NCBI RefSeq assembly: GCF_029213205.1
Contig: NZ_JARGNH010000013.1
Span: forward strand, 13,558-77,557
Length of the DNA: 64,000 nucleotides
Direction of reading: 5' to 3'
Source: Pseudooceanicola sp.
Lineage (GTDB): Bacteria; Pseudomonadota; Alphaproteobacteria; Rhodobacterales; Rhodobacteraceae
Shown: piece after piece, positions 1-9,590 of the stretch
Numbering within the stretch: the stretch's first letter is position 1
Layout of the letters: the number at the start of each line of letters is the position of its first letter
The notes under the pieces: model-generated
The model's input: only the letters and a program-made list of their open reading frames with translations
Databases searched by the model: none
What the model was told of the DNA's origin: nothing
Made by a program: the position numbers and the translations under genes

Positions 1-79
1 ATATCGTGCCCTTGCCCGCCGCCGCCGGCCCGTCGATGGCCACGGTAAAGGCCCCGTTGTATGATGTTGCGCCCGTCAT
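1..79 (-). CDS. cmk: Cytidylate kinase, 5' end only (runs off the window edge)
   Basis: Manual translation of the reverse strand from ATG at 79 gives [26 protein letters not shown], the Cmk P-loop start. The ATG overlaps the TGA of the upstream ORF (ATGA), and cmk usually follows aroA. Confidence 0.85.
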   Translation of the reverse strand, partial: MTGATSYNGAFTVAIDGPAAAGKGTI

Positions 80-594
80 TTCCGTCGCCTCCATGCCATG
101 AACAATCCGCCCAGCAGCGCCAGCCAGACCAGCGAGGTGCCCAGCGATTTGATCAAGGTAAACCGGTTGGCGGTCGCAATCGTCGCATCGCTGAGCGTGC
201 CGGGATCCGCTGTCAACAGCGCCGCCACCGCCGCATTTTCCGAATAATCCCCCAAAGTTGCCGCCAGGATCACCGCCAGCAACACAAACCGGACCCGCCC
301 GCCGAACAGCAGCAGCACCGCCGCCCCCATCCACAGCGCATTGGCCGCCGGAAACCAGAAATCCAGCCGCTGCTGCAGCCCCAGGTAGGTCGCCCGGCCC
401 TGTTGTGACAAGGCCGCCAGATAGGCCCGTGCCTCAGCCGCATCATAGCCCAGCGGGCGCACATCAAACGGGCGCAGCGCCTCGGGCCCGGCCAGAAGCG
501 CCGGCAGGGTCAGCGTGGCCATCGCTGCATAAAGCGCCCCGGCGGCGACAAAGCTCAGCCCGAAGACCAGCCAAAGCGCCCACCGTCGGCTCAT
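76..594 (-). CDS. Hypothetical membrane protein (about 4 TM segments)
   Basis: 172 aa ORF with several hydrophobic segments and ATGA overlaps with both aroA and cmk. Confidence 0.75.
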   Translation of the reverse strand: MSRRWALWLVFGLSFVAAGALYAAMATLTLPALLAGPEALRPFDVRPLGYDAAEARAYLAALSQQGRATYLGLQQRLDFWFPAANALWMGAAVLLLFGGRVRFVLLAVILAATLGDYSENAAVAALLTADPGTLSDATIATANRFTLIKSLGTSLVWLALLGGLFMAWRRRK

Positions 595-1943
595 GTCTCG
601 ACCCGTTCGATCTTTGCACCAAGGCCGCGCATCAATGGCTCGAACACCGGGAATGAGGTGGCGATCGGGCCGCCGTCATCGACGCTGACCGGCGCTTGTG
701 CGGCCAGACCCAGGCACAGGAACGACATTGCGATCCGGTGATCGAGACGGCTCTCCACCGTCGCGCCGCCGGGCACGCCGCCGGGGCCGCGCCCCTCGAC
801 GGCCCACCAATCCGCGCCGTCCTCAACGCTGACGCCACAGGCGCGCAACCCTACGGCCATCGCGTCGATCCGGTCGCTTTCCTTGACCCGCAATTCCTTG
901 ACCCCGGCCATCAGGGTGCGCCCCTCGGCGCAGGCGGCGACCACCGACAGGATCGGGTATTCGTCGATCATGCTGGCGGCGCGCTCCGGCGGCACCTCGA
1001 TGCCTTTCATCGCCGGGGAGAACCGGGCGCGCAGATCGGCCACCGGCTCGCCGCCCTCTTCGCGCGGGTTCTCATAGGTCAGATCGGCGCCCATCTCGCG
1101 CAGGGTTTCGAACAGGCCGGCACGGGTCGGGTTCAGGCCGATATTGGGCACCAGCACGTCCGAGCCTTCGGTGATCAGCGCCGCGCAGACCGGAAAGGCG
1201 GCGCTTGAGGGATCGCGTGGCACATCGACAACCTGTCCGACCAGCTCCGGCTGTCCGACCAGGGTGATCACCCGGCCGTCGGCGCTGTCCTCGACATTGA
1301 GCGTGGCGCCAAAGCCGCGCAGCATCCGCTCGGAATGATCGCGTGTCGCCTCGCGTTCGATCACCACGGTTTCGCCCGGGGCGTTCAGCCCGGCCAGCAG
1401 CACCGCCGATTTCACCTGCGCCGAGGGCACCGGCGTCGCATAGCGCACCGGCACCGGCGACTCGGCGCCAACAATGGTCATCGGCAGGCGCCCGCTGCGG
1501 CGGCCAAAGGCGCGTGCCCCGAACAGCGCCAGCGGGTCGGTGATCCGCGCCATCGGGCGGCCATTCAGGCTGGCATCGCCGGTAAAGGTCGCGCTGATTG
1601 GCGAGGTCGCCATGCAGCCCATGATCAGCCGCACCCCGGTGCCGGAATTGCCGCAATCGATCACCTGCTCTGGTTCGGCAAAGCCGCCGACGCCAACCCC
1701 CTGCACCGTCCAGGCGCCCGGTCCCTGCTGCGTCACCTCGGCGCCAAAGGCGCGCATCGCCGCGGCGGTGTCGAGCACATCCTGTCCTTCCAGCAACCCG
1801 GTGATCCGGGTCTCGCCAATTGACAGCGCCCCCAGGATCAGCGCCCGGTGGCTGATCGATTTGTCCCCCGGCACCTCGGCCACGCCCTGCAGCGGGGCGC
1901 CCCCGTGGGCGATCATCGGAACCGGATTACCATGCGTCGCCAT
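591..1943 (-). CDS. aroA: 3-phosphoshikimate 1-carboxyvinyltransferase (EPSP synthase, class II)
   Basis: Motifs [42 protein letters not shown] and DHRIAMSF. Start placed at MATHG (1943); the ORF track extends to 2000. Confidence 0.97.
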   Translation of the reverse strand: MATHGNPVPMIAHGGAPLQGVAEVPGDKSISHRALILGALSIGETRITGLLEGQDVLDTAAAMRAFGAEVTQQGPGAWTVQGVGVGGFAEPEQVIDCGNSGTGVRLIMGCMATSPISATFTGDASLNGRPMARITDPLALFGARAFGRRSGRLPMTIVGAESPVPVRYATPVPSAQVKSAVLLAGLNAPGETVVIEREATRDHSERMLRGFGATLNVEDSADGRVITLVGQPELVGQVVDVPRDPSSAAFPVCAALITEGSDVLVPNIGLNPTRAGLFETLREMGADLTYENPREEGGEPVADLRARFSPAMKGIEVPPERAASMIDEYPILSVVAACAEGRTLMAGVKELRVKESDRIDAMAVGLRACGVSVEDGADWWAVEGRGPGGVPGGATVESRLDHRIAMSFLCLGLAAQAPVSVDDGGPIATSFPVFEPLMRGLGAKIERVET

Positions 1944-2049
1944 CGGAACTCTCCCTGCCATTGCCCCGGCCTGATAACCCAGCAAGGCGGTCACGTCCAT
2001 CGCGGCGCCGGGGCTTCATCTTGCCAAAAATATTCCCCCCGGAGGGGCG

Positions 2050-2763
2050 CTATCCGTCGCGCCGGAAGGTCAGGTAATGCGGCACCCGGCCGGCGCGCAG
2101 CGCCTTTTGCTCGTAGCGGGTCGAATGCCAGTCAGCCCAAGGGCGGCGCCAATCCTCAGGCCCCTCGGCCAGCCAGGTGAAGCCCTGGCGCGGCACCTCT
2201 TCCAGCGTCTGGCGGACATAATCGGCGATGTCGGTCGCCACCCGGAATTCCGCGCCCGGTTTCAGCACCCGCGCCAGCGGCGCCAGATGTTCGGGGGTCA
2301 CGAACCGGCGCCGGTGATGGCGCGCCTTGGGCCAGGGATCGGGATAGAGCAGAAAGGCCTTGGCGATACTGGCCTCGGGCAGCACGTCGAACAGATCGCG
2401 GGCGTCGCCGGGATGTACCCGCAGGTTGTCCACCCCCGCCTGCCGGATCTTGCCCAGCAGCATCGCGACGCCATTGATATAAGGCTCGGCGCCGATGATC
2501 CCGACCTCCGGGTGCAACCCGGCCTGATGCACCAGATGCTCGCCGCCGCCAAAGCCGATTTCAAGCCAGACCTCGCGGCCATCAAACAGCGCCGCCAGAT
2601 CCAGCGGCCTGCGCTCCGGGTTGACCTCCCAATCCACCGGCCCGGGCGACAATGCCGCCAGATCCTGATCGAGATAGGCCTCCTGCGACTTGCGCAGATG
2701 CTTGCCCTTGTAACGGCCATAGAAATTGCGCCAGGGGGCGCCAGAGGGGTGCTGATCTGTCAT
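2050..2763 (-). CDS. trmB: tRNA (guanine-N7)-methyltransferase
   Basis: LEIGFGGGEH, YPDPWPKARHHRRRF, ATDIADY and TRYEQKA motifs. Confidence 0.95.
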   Translation of the reverse strand: MTDQHPSGAPWRNFYGRYKGKHLRKSQEAYLDQDLAALSPGPVDWEVNPERRPLDLAALFDGREVWLEIGFGGGEHLVHQAGLHPEVGIIGAEPYINGVAMLLGKIRQAGVDNLRVHPGDARDLFDVLPEASIAKAFLLYPDPWPKARHHRRRFVTPEHLAPLARVLKPGAEFRVATDIADYVRQTLEEVPRQGFTWLAEGPEDWRRPWADWHSTRYEQKALRAGRVPHYLTFRRDG

Positions 2764-2849
2764 CCCGCCGGTTTAGTGGCCCCGCCCGGCGCCGACAAGA
2801 TGCGCTGCGGCGCATAAATCCGCTACCACGGGATTTGCGTCCGGTGTAG

Positions 2850-3668
2850 ATGGCGCGGATGTGGATTGTCCTTCTGCTATTGCTTCTCGGCGCGAGCCTG
2901 GTTGCCTATCGGGCCTGGTCGAAACGCCGCGCCCGGGCCCGGCTGTTGGCCACCGCGCTGTCAGCGGAGCAGCGCGCCATCGTCGAAACCTCGGTGCCGC
3001 TGACCCGCAGGCTTCCGACCGAACTGCGCGGCAAACTGGACGGCAAGATCACTCTGTTTCTGGATCAGATCGAGTTCATCGGTTGCAACGGCCTGGAGGT
3101 GACTGAGGACATCGAACTGTCGATCGCGGCGCAGGCCTGCCTGCTGGTGGTGAACACCGACACCTGGTTCAGCAATCTTCGCACCATCCTGGTCTATCCC
3201 GGCGCTTTCAAGTCGCGGCGCAAGGAACAAAATGGCTATGTGGTGACCGAACGCGAAACCGTGCGCACCGGGGAAAGCTGGGCACGCGGGCCGGTGATCC
3301 TGTCCTGGGCGGATGCCGCGCAGGGCGCCGAAGACACGGCGGATGGCCACAACGTGGTGTTTCACGAATTCGCCCATCAGATCGACGACCTGTCGGGCCG
3401 CACCGATGGCATCCCTGTCCTGAACAGGGGCCAGAGCCTGGCCGAATGGCACCGTGTCATCGGCGGCGCCTTTCACCGGCATGTCGGCAAGGTCGAACAC
3501 GGCCACAGGGCCGTGTTTGATGCCTATGGCGCGGTCGCGCCCGAGGAATTCTTTGCGGTTGCGGTCGAGGTGTTCTTTGAACAACCGACGCGGCTCGCCC
3601 ACGAGGAACCCGAGGTCTATCGCCAACTGGCAGCACTTTTCCGGCTTGACCCGGCAACCTGGGATTGA
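2850..3668 (+). CDS. MtfA/DgsA anti-repressor-like zinc metallopeptidase (M90 family) with an N-terminal membrane anchor
   Basis: HEFAH zincin motif, GPVILSWAD, DGHNVVFHEFAH, YGAVAPEEFFAVAVEVFFEQP. Confidence 0.85.
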   Translation: MARMWIVLLLLLLGASLVAYRAWSKRRARARLLATALSAEQRAIVETSVPLTRRLPTELRGKLDGKITLFLDQIEFIGCNGLEVTEDIELSIAAQACLLVVNTDTWFSNLRTILVYPGAFKSRRKEQNGYVVTERETVRTGESWARGPVILSWADAAQGAEDTADGHNVVFHEFAHQIDDLSGRTDGIPVLNRGQSLAEWHRVIGGAFHRHVGKVEHGHRAVFDAYGAVAPEEFFAVAVEVFFEQPTRLAHEEPEVYRQLAALFRLDPATWD

Positions 3669-3699
3669 CCCGTCAAAGCGCCGCCACTTGCCGGAAAGT

Positions 3700-4881
3700 T
3701 CAGACCGCCTTTTTCAGCGCCTCGATCAGATCGGTTTTCTCCCAGGAAAATCCGCCATCGGCATCCGGGGCCCGGCCGAAATGGCCATAGGCGGCGGTGC
3801 GCTGGTAGATCGGCTTGTTCATCTGCAGATGCTCGCGAATGCCACGCGGGGTCAGGTCCATCACCTGCGCCACGGCGCGCTCGATCTCGGCCTCGTCGAC
3901 CTCGCCGGTGCCATGGGTGTCGGCATAGATCGACAGCGGTCTCGAGATGCCGATCGCATAGGACAGCTGGATCGTGCAGCGTTCGGCCATCCCGGCTGCG
4001 ACCACATTCTTGGCCAGATAGCGCGCCGCATAGGCGGCCGAGCGATCCACCTTGGTCGGATCCTTGCCGGAAAACGCGCCACCGCCATGCGGGGCAGCGC
4101 CGCCATAGGTGTCGACGATGATCTTGCGTCCGGTCAGACCGGCATCGCCATCCGGGCCGCCGATGACAAAAGTGCCGGTCGGGTTCACCCACCATTCGGT
4201 GTTGGCGGTGATCCAGCCGTCGGGCAGCACTTGGCGGATATAGGGTTCGACGATGGCGCGGATGTCTTCGCTGGACTGGCCTTCATCGGCATGTTGGGTC
4301 GACAGCACCAACTGCGTCACCTCGACCGGCTTGCCGCCCTCATAGCGCAGGCTCAGCTGGCTTTTGGCATCCGGGCGCAGGCTCGGCTCTTCACCGCTTT
4401 TGCGGGCCTCGGCCAGGCGGCGCAGGATCGCATGAGAATATTGGATCGGCGCCGGCATCAGCGCCTCGGTCTCGGTGGTGGCATGGCCGAACATGATGCC
4501 CTGATCGCCGGCACCCTCGTCCTTGTTGTCGCGGGCGTTCACACCCTGGGCAATATGGGCGGATTGTTCGTGCAGCAGGTTGGTGACCTTGACGGTCTGC
4601 CAGTGGAACTTGTCCTGCTCATAGCCGATGTCGCGGATGCAGTCGCGGGCGATGCCTTCGATCCGGCCCATCATCTCGGTCAGCTTGGCTGAATCAGACA
4701 GCCCGATTTCGCCACCGATCACCACCCGGTTGGTGGTGGCAAAGGTCTCGCAGGCGACGCGGGCCTGCGGTTCTTCGGTCAGCAGCGCGTCGAGCACCGC
4801 ATCCGAGATCCGGTCACAGACCTTGTCCGGATGCCCCTCGGAAACGGATTCCGAGGTGAAGATGTAATTCTTGCGAGTCAT
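3700..4881 (-). CDS. metK: S-adenosylmethionine synthetase
   Basis: [41 protein letters not shown]. Confidence 0.98.
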   Translation of the reverse strand: MTRKNYIFTSESVSEGHPDKVCDRISDAVLDALLTEEPQARVACETFATTNRVVIGGEIGLSDSAKLTEMMGRIEGIARDCIRDIGYEQDKFHWQTVKVTNLLHEQSAHIAQGVNARDNKDEGAGDQGIMFGHATTETEALMPAPIQYSHAILRRLAEARKSGEEPSLRPDAKSQLSLRYEGGKPVEVTQLVLSTQHADEGQSSEDIRAIVEPYIRQVLPDGWITANTEWWVNPTGTFVIGGPDGDAGLTGRKIIVDTYGGAAPHGGGAFSGKDPTKVDRSAAYAARYLAKNVVAAGMAERCTIQLSYAIGISRPLSIYADTHGTGEVDEAEIERAVAQVMDLTPRGIREHLQMNKPIYQRTAAYGHFGRAPDADGGFSWEKTDLIEALKKAV

Positions 4882-4888
4882 GAAGAGC

Positions 4889-4934
4889 GCTCCATTGGGT
4901 TTAACCCGTCACGCCAGGAAGCCGTTGTGACGGG
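4889..4934 (-). ncRNA. SAM-SAH riboswitch in the metK leader
   Basis: The reverse strand reads CCCGUCAC-AACGGCUUCCUGGC-GUGACGGG...AUGGAGC: an 8-bp stem with the conserved loop, whose GCUUCC can pair with the GGAGC Shine-Dalgarno 8 nt before the metK ATG. This matches the Rhodobacterales SAM-SAH class. Confidence 0.9.
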
Positions 4935-4968
4935 ATTTCGCCCAACTAGTCTCAGCCAATGGGCAAGG

Positions 4969-6540
4969 TCAATGCCCTGGGGCGCGCAATTGCCGCCAGC
5001 CTTGCAGCGCGGCAACAAGCAGGCCAAGCCCGGCGAGCAGCGCCACCGGCCAGCTGCCGGTTCGGGAAAACAGCGTCGGTGCGGCGGCATTGGGGCGCGG
5101 CAGGTCGAGGTATCCAGTCTGCCCGAGCGGGATCGAGCCGAGGATCCGGCCATCCGCCGCGATCATCGCCGAGACCCCGGTATTGGCCACCCGCACCATC
5201 GGCAGCCCCTGTTCCACCGCCCGCAGCCGTGCCTGGGCGAGATGCTGAAACGGCCCGGAAAAGCCGCCAAACCAGGCGTCATTGGTGATCTGTAACAGCA
5301 GATCGGGCCGCTCCAGCGCGGCGGAAATGTCGCGCGGGAACACCGCCTCATAGCAGATCAGCGGCAGGGCACGACCGGCGCGACCGAGATCGACCAACAA
5401 TGGCCCAGCCCCGGCGGCAAAGCCGGAATAGCGGGCAACCAACGGCGACAGGCCGAGCCGCGAGAGCAACCCGCCGAGCGGCAGATATTCGCCAAACGGC
5501 ACCAGATGATGCTTGTCATAGACATCAGCGATCTGGCCATCTGGGGCGATCACCGCCAGAGAATTGTAATAGGCGCCGTCTTCGCGCCGTTCGATGCCGA
5601 TGACGCTGAGCGCGCCACCCGCCTGACCGCCAATCGCCTGCATCAGCCCTGGCGCGGTTTCCAGAAACGCCGGGACGGCGGTTTCCGGCCATATTATCAC
5701 ATCCGGCACCGGACTCGCGGCGGAATAGGCCAGCATCCGGTCGAGAAACACCGGGATCATCCGCGGATCCCATTTCTCGTTCTGGGCGGCATTGGGCTGC
5801 ATCAGCCGCAGGATCGGCGCATCGGCAGCGGTCGCGGGCGGGCGCGGCGCGAACAGCGGGGCGGTCAGGAACAGCCCTGCCGCAACCAGTGCCAGCGGTG
5901 CCCCGGCTGCCAACGGTCGTGCGGGCAGCAGCGACAGCCCGGCGGCCAGCGCCAGCGCCAGCAGGGTCAGCCCATCAGGCCCGACCCAGGCCGCCAGCGG
6001 CAGCAGCGGCGAGGCGATCAGGACATGGCCGATCAGCGCCCAGGGGAAGCCGGTCAGCACATAGCCGCGCAGCAGTTCCGCCAGCGTCAGTGCGGCGACG
6101 ATGGCGACCAGGCGCAGCGCCCCGCGCGGGGCCAGCAGATGCGCTAGACCGGCGGCCAGGCCCCAGAACAGCGCCAGCCCCCCGGCCAGGAAAATCAACG
6201 CAAACGGCGCCATCCAGCCGTGGCGGGCGATATCGACCAGGAACGGCTCGACGATCCAGTGCAGGGCCAGGGCGAAGTAGCCTGCGCCCGCCGCCCAGCC
6301 GATCCAGATCGCATCGGCCCGGCCGCTGGCCCGTGCCAGCAGCCAGACCAGGGCCGCCAGCGCCAGCAGCGCCAGTGGCCAGAGGTTGAACGGGGCCAGC
6401 CCCATCGCCGCCAGCGCCCCGACAGCGGCCGCCAGCAGCGCCATTTTCGGACGCGGCGGTGCCAGCCGTTGCCGCAGGCTGCGGCGCGGCGGGTTGGTCG
6501 GCGCCGGGATCGGGCTGTCAGCCATTCGCGGCGGTGGCAT
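4969..6540 (-). CDS. lnt: Apolipoprotein N-acyltransferase
   Basis: GFPWALIG, IWPETAVP, YDKHHLVPFGEY, ICYEAVFP, ITNDAWFG, RVANTGVSA. The start may be 6525. Confidence 0.95.
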   Translation of the reverse strand: MPPPRMADSPIPAPTNPPRRSLRQRLAPPRPKMALLAAAVGALAAMGLAPFNLWPLALLALAALVWLLARASGRADAIWIGWAAGAGYFALALHWIVEPFLVDIARHGWMAPFALIFLAGGLALFWGLAAGLAHLLAPRGALRLVAIVAALTLAELLRGYVLTGFPWALIGHVLIASPLLPLAAWVGPDGLTLLALALAAGLSLLPARPLAAGAPLALVAAGLFLTAPLFAPRPPATAADAPILRLMQPNAAQNEKWDPRMIPVFLDRMLAYSAASPVPDVIIWPETAVPAFLETAPGLMQAIGGQAGGALSVIGIERREDGAYYNSLAVIAPDGQIADVYDKHHLVPFGEYLPLGGLLSRLGLSPLVARYSGFAAGAGPLLVDLGRAGRALPLICYEAVFPRDISAALERPDLLLQITNDAWFGGFSGPFQHLAQARLRAVEQGLPMVRVANTGVSAMIAADGRILGSIPLGQTGYLDLPRPNAAAPTLFSRTGSWPVALLAGLGLLVAALQGWRQLRAPGH

Positions 6541-7468
6541 GGAGGCGCACCCGCAGGCGCTTGATCCGGCGCGGATCGGCGTCGATCACCTCGAATTCAT
6601 GGCCCGCCGGGTGTTCCACCACCTCGCCGCGCGCCGGAACCCGACCCGAGAGCATGAACACCAGCCCGCCGAGCGTGTCGATTTCCTCTTCGTCGACGCT
6701 GTCATGATCGGTCAGTGACACCCCGGACTCGGCCTCGAACTCGTCCAGCGGCGTCTTGGCGTAGACCAGCCAGCTGCCGGATGGCTCGTGAGTCCAGAGC
6801 GCACCCTCTTCGATGTCATGCTCATCTTCGATCTGGCCGATCACCTGTTCGATCAGATCCTCGATGGTCACCAGCCCGTCAACACCGCCATATTCGTCGA
6901 TTACCAGCGCCATATGCCGCCGCTCTTGCTGCATCTTTTGCAGCAACACGCCGATTGGCATCGACGGTGGCACGAACAGCAGCGGGCGCAGCAGCGCCTT
7001 GAGCGAATAGCGTCCGCCGCCGGGGCCATTGAACCCGTGCTTCAGCGCGAAATCCTTGAGATGGACAAAGCCGATGGGGGTGTCGAGCGTGTCTTGATAG
7101 ACCGGCACCCGGGTCATCCCGGAATCGCGGAACACCTTCACCAGATCGTCGCGGGTGATGGTCGATGGCACCGCCACGATATCGGCCTTGGGGATCGAGA
7201 CATCCTCGACCCGCATCCGGCGCAGGTTGCCCATGCCATGGGCCGGGCGCAGCGTTGGCGCCGGTGTGGCCAGATGCGCGGCTTCGGGCACAGAGGTGCC
7301 GCGGCGCGCGAAAAGGCGGGAAAGAAAGCTGCGGCGCGGTGCCGGTGCGGGTGTTGCATCGGGCAGCTTGGACGGCGCTGAATTCGGCGCCGGTGCCGCT
7401 GGTGTCGTCTGGCCTTGCGGCAGCGCGCCTTGCGCTGCGGTCAAAGACCCGTCGGTGGTGTCGCCCAT
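6518..7468 (-). CDS. corC: CBS-domain Mg/Co efflux / hemolysin-family protein (CorC)
   Basis: HMALVIDEYGGVDGLVTIEDLIEQVIG and a C-terminal CorC_HlyC domain; lies between ybeY and lnt as usual. Confidence 0.9.
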   Translation of the reverse strand: MGDTTDGSLTAAQGALPQGQTTPAAPAPNSAPSKLPDATPAPAPRRSFLSRLFARRGTSVPEAAHLATPAPTLRPAHGMGNLRRMRVEDVSIPKADIVAVPSTITRDDLVKVFRDSGMTRVPVYQDTLDTPIGFVHLKDFALKHGFNGPGGGRYSLKALLRPLLFVPPSMPIGVLLQKMQQERRHMALVIDEYGGVDGLVTIEDLIEQVIGQIEDEHDIEEGALWTHEPSGSWLVYAKTPLDEFEAESGVSLTDHDSVDEEEIDTLGGLVFMLSGRVPARGEVVEHPAGHEFEVIDADPRRIKRLRVRLHATAANG

Positions 7469-7507
7469 CTGTCCTTTCCATCATGCCGGGCGCGGAATTT
7501 CCGGCAG

Positions 7508-8008
7508 TCACGCATTTTGTTCTTCATATGGGTCCGATAGGCCCATCTCGGCAAGTATGGCGGATTCCAGACGCTCCATTAAAGTGGCATCTTCGTCACG
7601 CTCGTGATCATACCCTAGCAAATGCAATGTCGCGTGTACGATCAGATGGGTCACATGCTGATCAAAGGGCTTGTCCGCCGCCGCGGCCTCATTCCGACAG
7701 GTGTCATAGGCAATGGCGATATCGCCCAGCTCGGCCTCCTGCGGCGCAGGCGGGCGCGGGCTGGCGCCGGGCGTCCGGGCGCCGCGTTCTTCAGAGGGCC
7801 AGCTCAGCACATTGGTCGGTGCCGGTTTGCCGCGAAAATCGGCATTCAGCGCGGCGATCCGGCTGTCATTGCAAGCCAGCAGCGAAATCTCGAAATGTTC
7901 GGGATCAAGACGCAGATGCGTCAGCGCCGTCCGGCTCGCCGCATCGGCGAGGGCCTGCAAACCCGCATCGCGCCAGCGCGCGTCCTCGATCATCAAATCA
8001 ACTGCCAT
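7508..8008 (-). CDS. ybeY: rRNA maturation endoribonuclease YbeY
   Basis: PTNVLSWP, LGDIAI, HLIVHATLHLLGYDH. Confidence 0.95.
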   Translation of the reverse strand: MAVDLMIEDARWRDAGLQALADAASRTALTHLRLDPEHFEISLLACNDSRIAALNADFRGKPAPTNVLSWPSEERGARTPGASPRPPAPQEAELGDIAIAYDTCRNEAAAADKPFDQHVTHLIVHATLHLLGYDHERDEDATLMERLESAILAEMGLSDPYEEQNA

Positions 8009-8115
8009 GCCCGGGGAATAGTCGCTTTCCGCCGCCGCGCAACTACAAAACTGACTTGACCGTTCGGAGAAACCCTTTTATCTGACAGAAACACTCGTCT
8101 TTATAGGCCCCGATC

Positions 8116-8919
8116 ATGAGCACCTCATCCAATCGCCGGAGCCGCAGCGTGACCCCGCGCCGCTGGGTCGCAGCCACCGCCGCCAGCCTGGCCATCTTGC
8201 AACCCGCCCTCATCGCCGGTTTCCACCCGACACCCCTGCACGCCAGCGAAAGCGGTGAAGCGGGCGAAGCCGGAGAGGCGGGCCTGCCGCCGACCGACGG
8301 GCCTGCGGCGTTCCTCACCCACCTTGGCTATTTCGAGGGCACCTACCGTATCATCGCCACCGCCTATCTGGCTGGTCAGCGCGGTCTGGCCCGTGAGCAT
8401 CTGGACCTGTCGCACCACGCATTTTACGAAGATATCGAAGAAGAGCTGGCGGCAAACCACGCGCCCGGTTTCGAAGATCTGGCCGCAGCCTTTGCCGCCA
8501 AAATCAATGCCGATGCCCCCGATGCCGAGGTTGAGGGCGCCTATCGCGCCCTGATGAATGCTGTCACCAGCGCGGCGGAGGCCACGGGCGCCACGGCCTA
8601 CCAGCAGCTCATCGCGCTACATCGGCTGATGCTGCTTGCCGCTTCGGAATACCAGGGCGGAGTCGGTGACGGCACCGTTGAAATGGCGATTGAATATCGC
8701 GACAGCTGGGGCTTTTATTCCAGCGCCAAGGCGCGCGCGGAACATTTCGCCGCAGGCGGTGACGCCACGCTGGCCGCCGCCGCAGCGGATGTTCTGCGCC
8801 GGATGGATGGGCTAGATGCGCTTTATCCTGGCCTGACCGCACAGACCGCCGCCGCCGATCCGTCGCCGCTGGCGGTGGCCGCAGGCTGGATCGAAATCAT
8901 CGCGTTACGGACCCGCTGA
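8116..8919 (+). CDS. Uncharacterised exported protein with a GEAGEAGEAG acidic linker
   Basis: 267 aa ORF with an Arg-rich N-terminus, hydrophobic signal-like segment, GEA repeats and a helical body containing H/E/Y clusters (HLGYFEG, EHLDLSHH, EYRDSWGF). The next gene starts 2 nt after its stop. Confidence 0.75.
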   Translation: MSTSSNRRSRSVTPRRWVAATAASLAILQPALIAGFHPTPLHASESGEAGEAGEAGLPPTDGPAAFLTHLGYFEGTYRIIATAYLAGQRGLAREHLDLSHHAFYEDIEEELAANHAPGFEDLAAAFAAKINADAPDAEVEGAYRALMNAVTSAAEATGATAYQQLIALHRLMLLAASEYQGGVGDGTVEMAIEYRDSWGFYSSAKARAEHFAAGGDATLAAAAADVLRRMDGLDALYPGLTAQTAAADPSPLAVAAGWIEIIALRTR

Positions 8920-8921
8920 CC

Positions 8922-9575
8922 ATGCCGGTGGTGCTCAGCGATCTCCTGTCCTCGGCTGAAACCGAGGTTCTGCACGCCGCCGCGCTGGACCTCGACTTTG
9001 CCGATGGCGCGGGTACCGCGGGCAGCCTGGCCCGTGGGGTCAAGGACAACCTCCAGGCCGTCGATTCCCCCGCCTCCGCCGCGCTGCTGGACAAGGTGCA
9101 GGCCGCATTGCTGCGGCATCCGCTGTTTCAGGCCCTGTGCTATCCCAAGGGCTTTGCCCGGATGTTGGTGTCGTGCACCGAAGGCGGCGGTCGCTACGGC
9201 GAGCACGTCGACAATGCGGTGATGGCGGGGATGCGGGCGGATGTCTCGTTCACCCTGTTCCTGACCCCGACCGATGACTATGACGGCGGCGCCCTGACCA
9301 TCAGCGATCACACCGAAGACCGCAGCTTTCGACTCAACCCCGGTGAGATGATTGTCTATCCGTCAAACACCCTGCACCGGGTCGATCCGGTCACCCGCGG
9401 CCGCCGCCTGGCAATCGTTGGCTGGGTGTCCAGCTGGGTCGCTGATCCGCGCGGGCGTGAGGTCCTTTTCGACCTCTGGCAAGCGATGGCGGCGGCCGAG
9501 GCGGGCGGGGATCTGGATCAGGCGCGCCGTATCTCCAAGGCTCGGTCGAACCTGCTGCGGATGTGGGCGGCCTGA
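8922..9575 (+). CDS. PKHD-type Fe(II)/2-oxoglutarate hydroxylase (PiuC/YbiX-like)
   Basis: YGEHVDNA (HxD), SFTLFL, YDGGAL, YPSNTLHRVDPVTRGRRLAIVGWVSS, and C-terminal NLLRMWA. Confidence 0.9.
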   Translation: MPVVLSDLLSSAETEVLHAAALDLDFADGAGTAGSLARGVKDNLQAVDSPASAALLDKVQAALLRHPLFQALCYPKGFARMLVSCTEGGGRYGEHVDNAVMAGMRADVSFTLFLTPTDDYDGGALTISDHTEDRSFRLNPGEMIVYPSNTLHRVDPVTRGRRLAIVGWVSSWVADPRGREVLFDLWQAMAAAEAGGDLDQARRISKARSNLLRMWAA

Positions 9576-9590
9576 GCCGCACCTCCGGGT

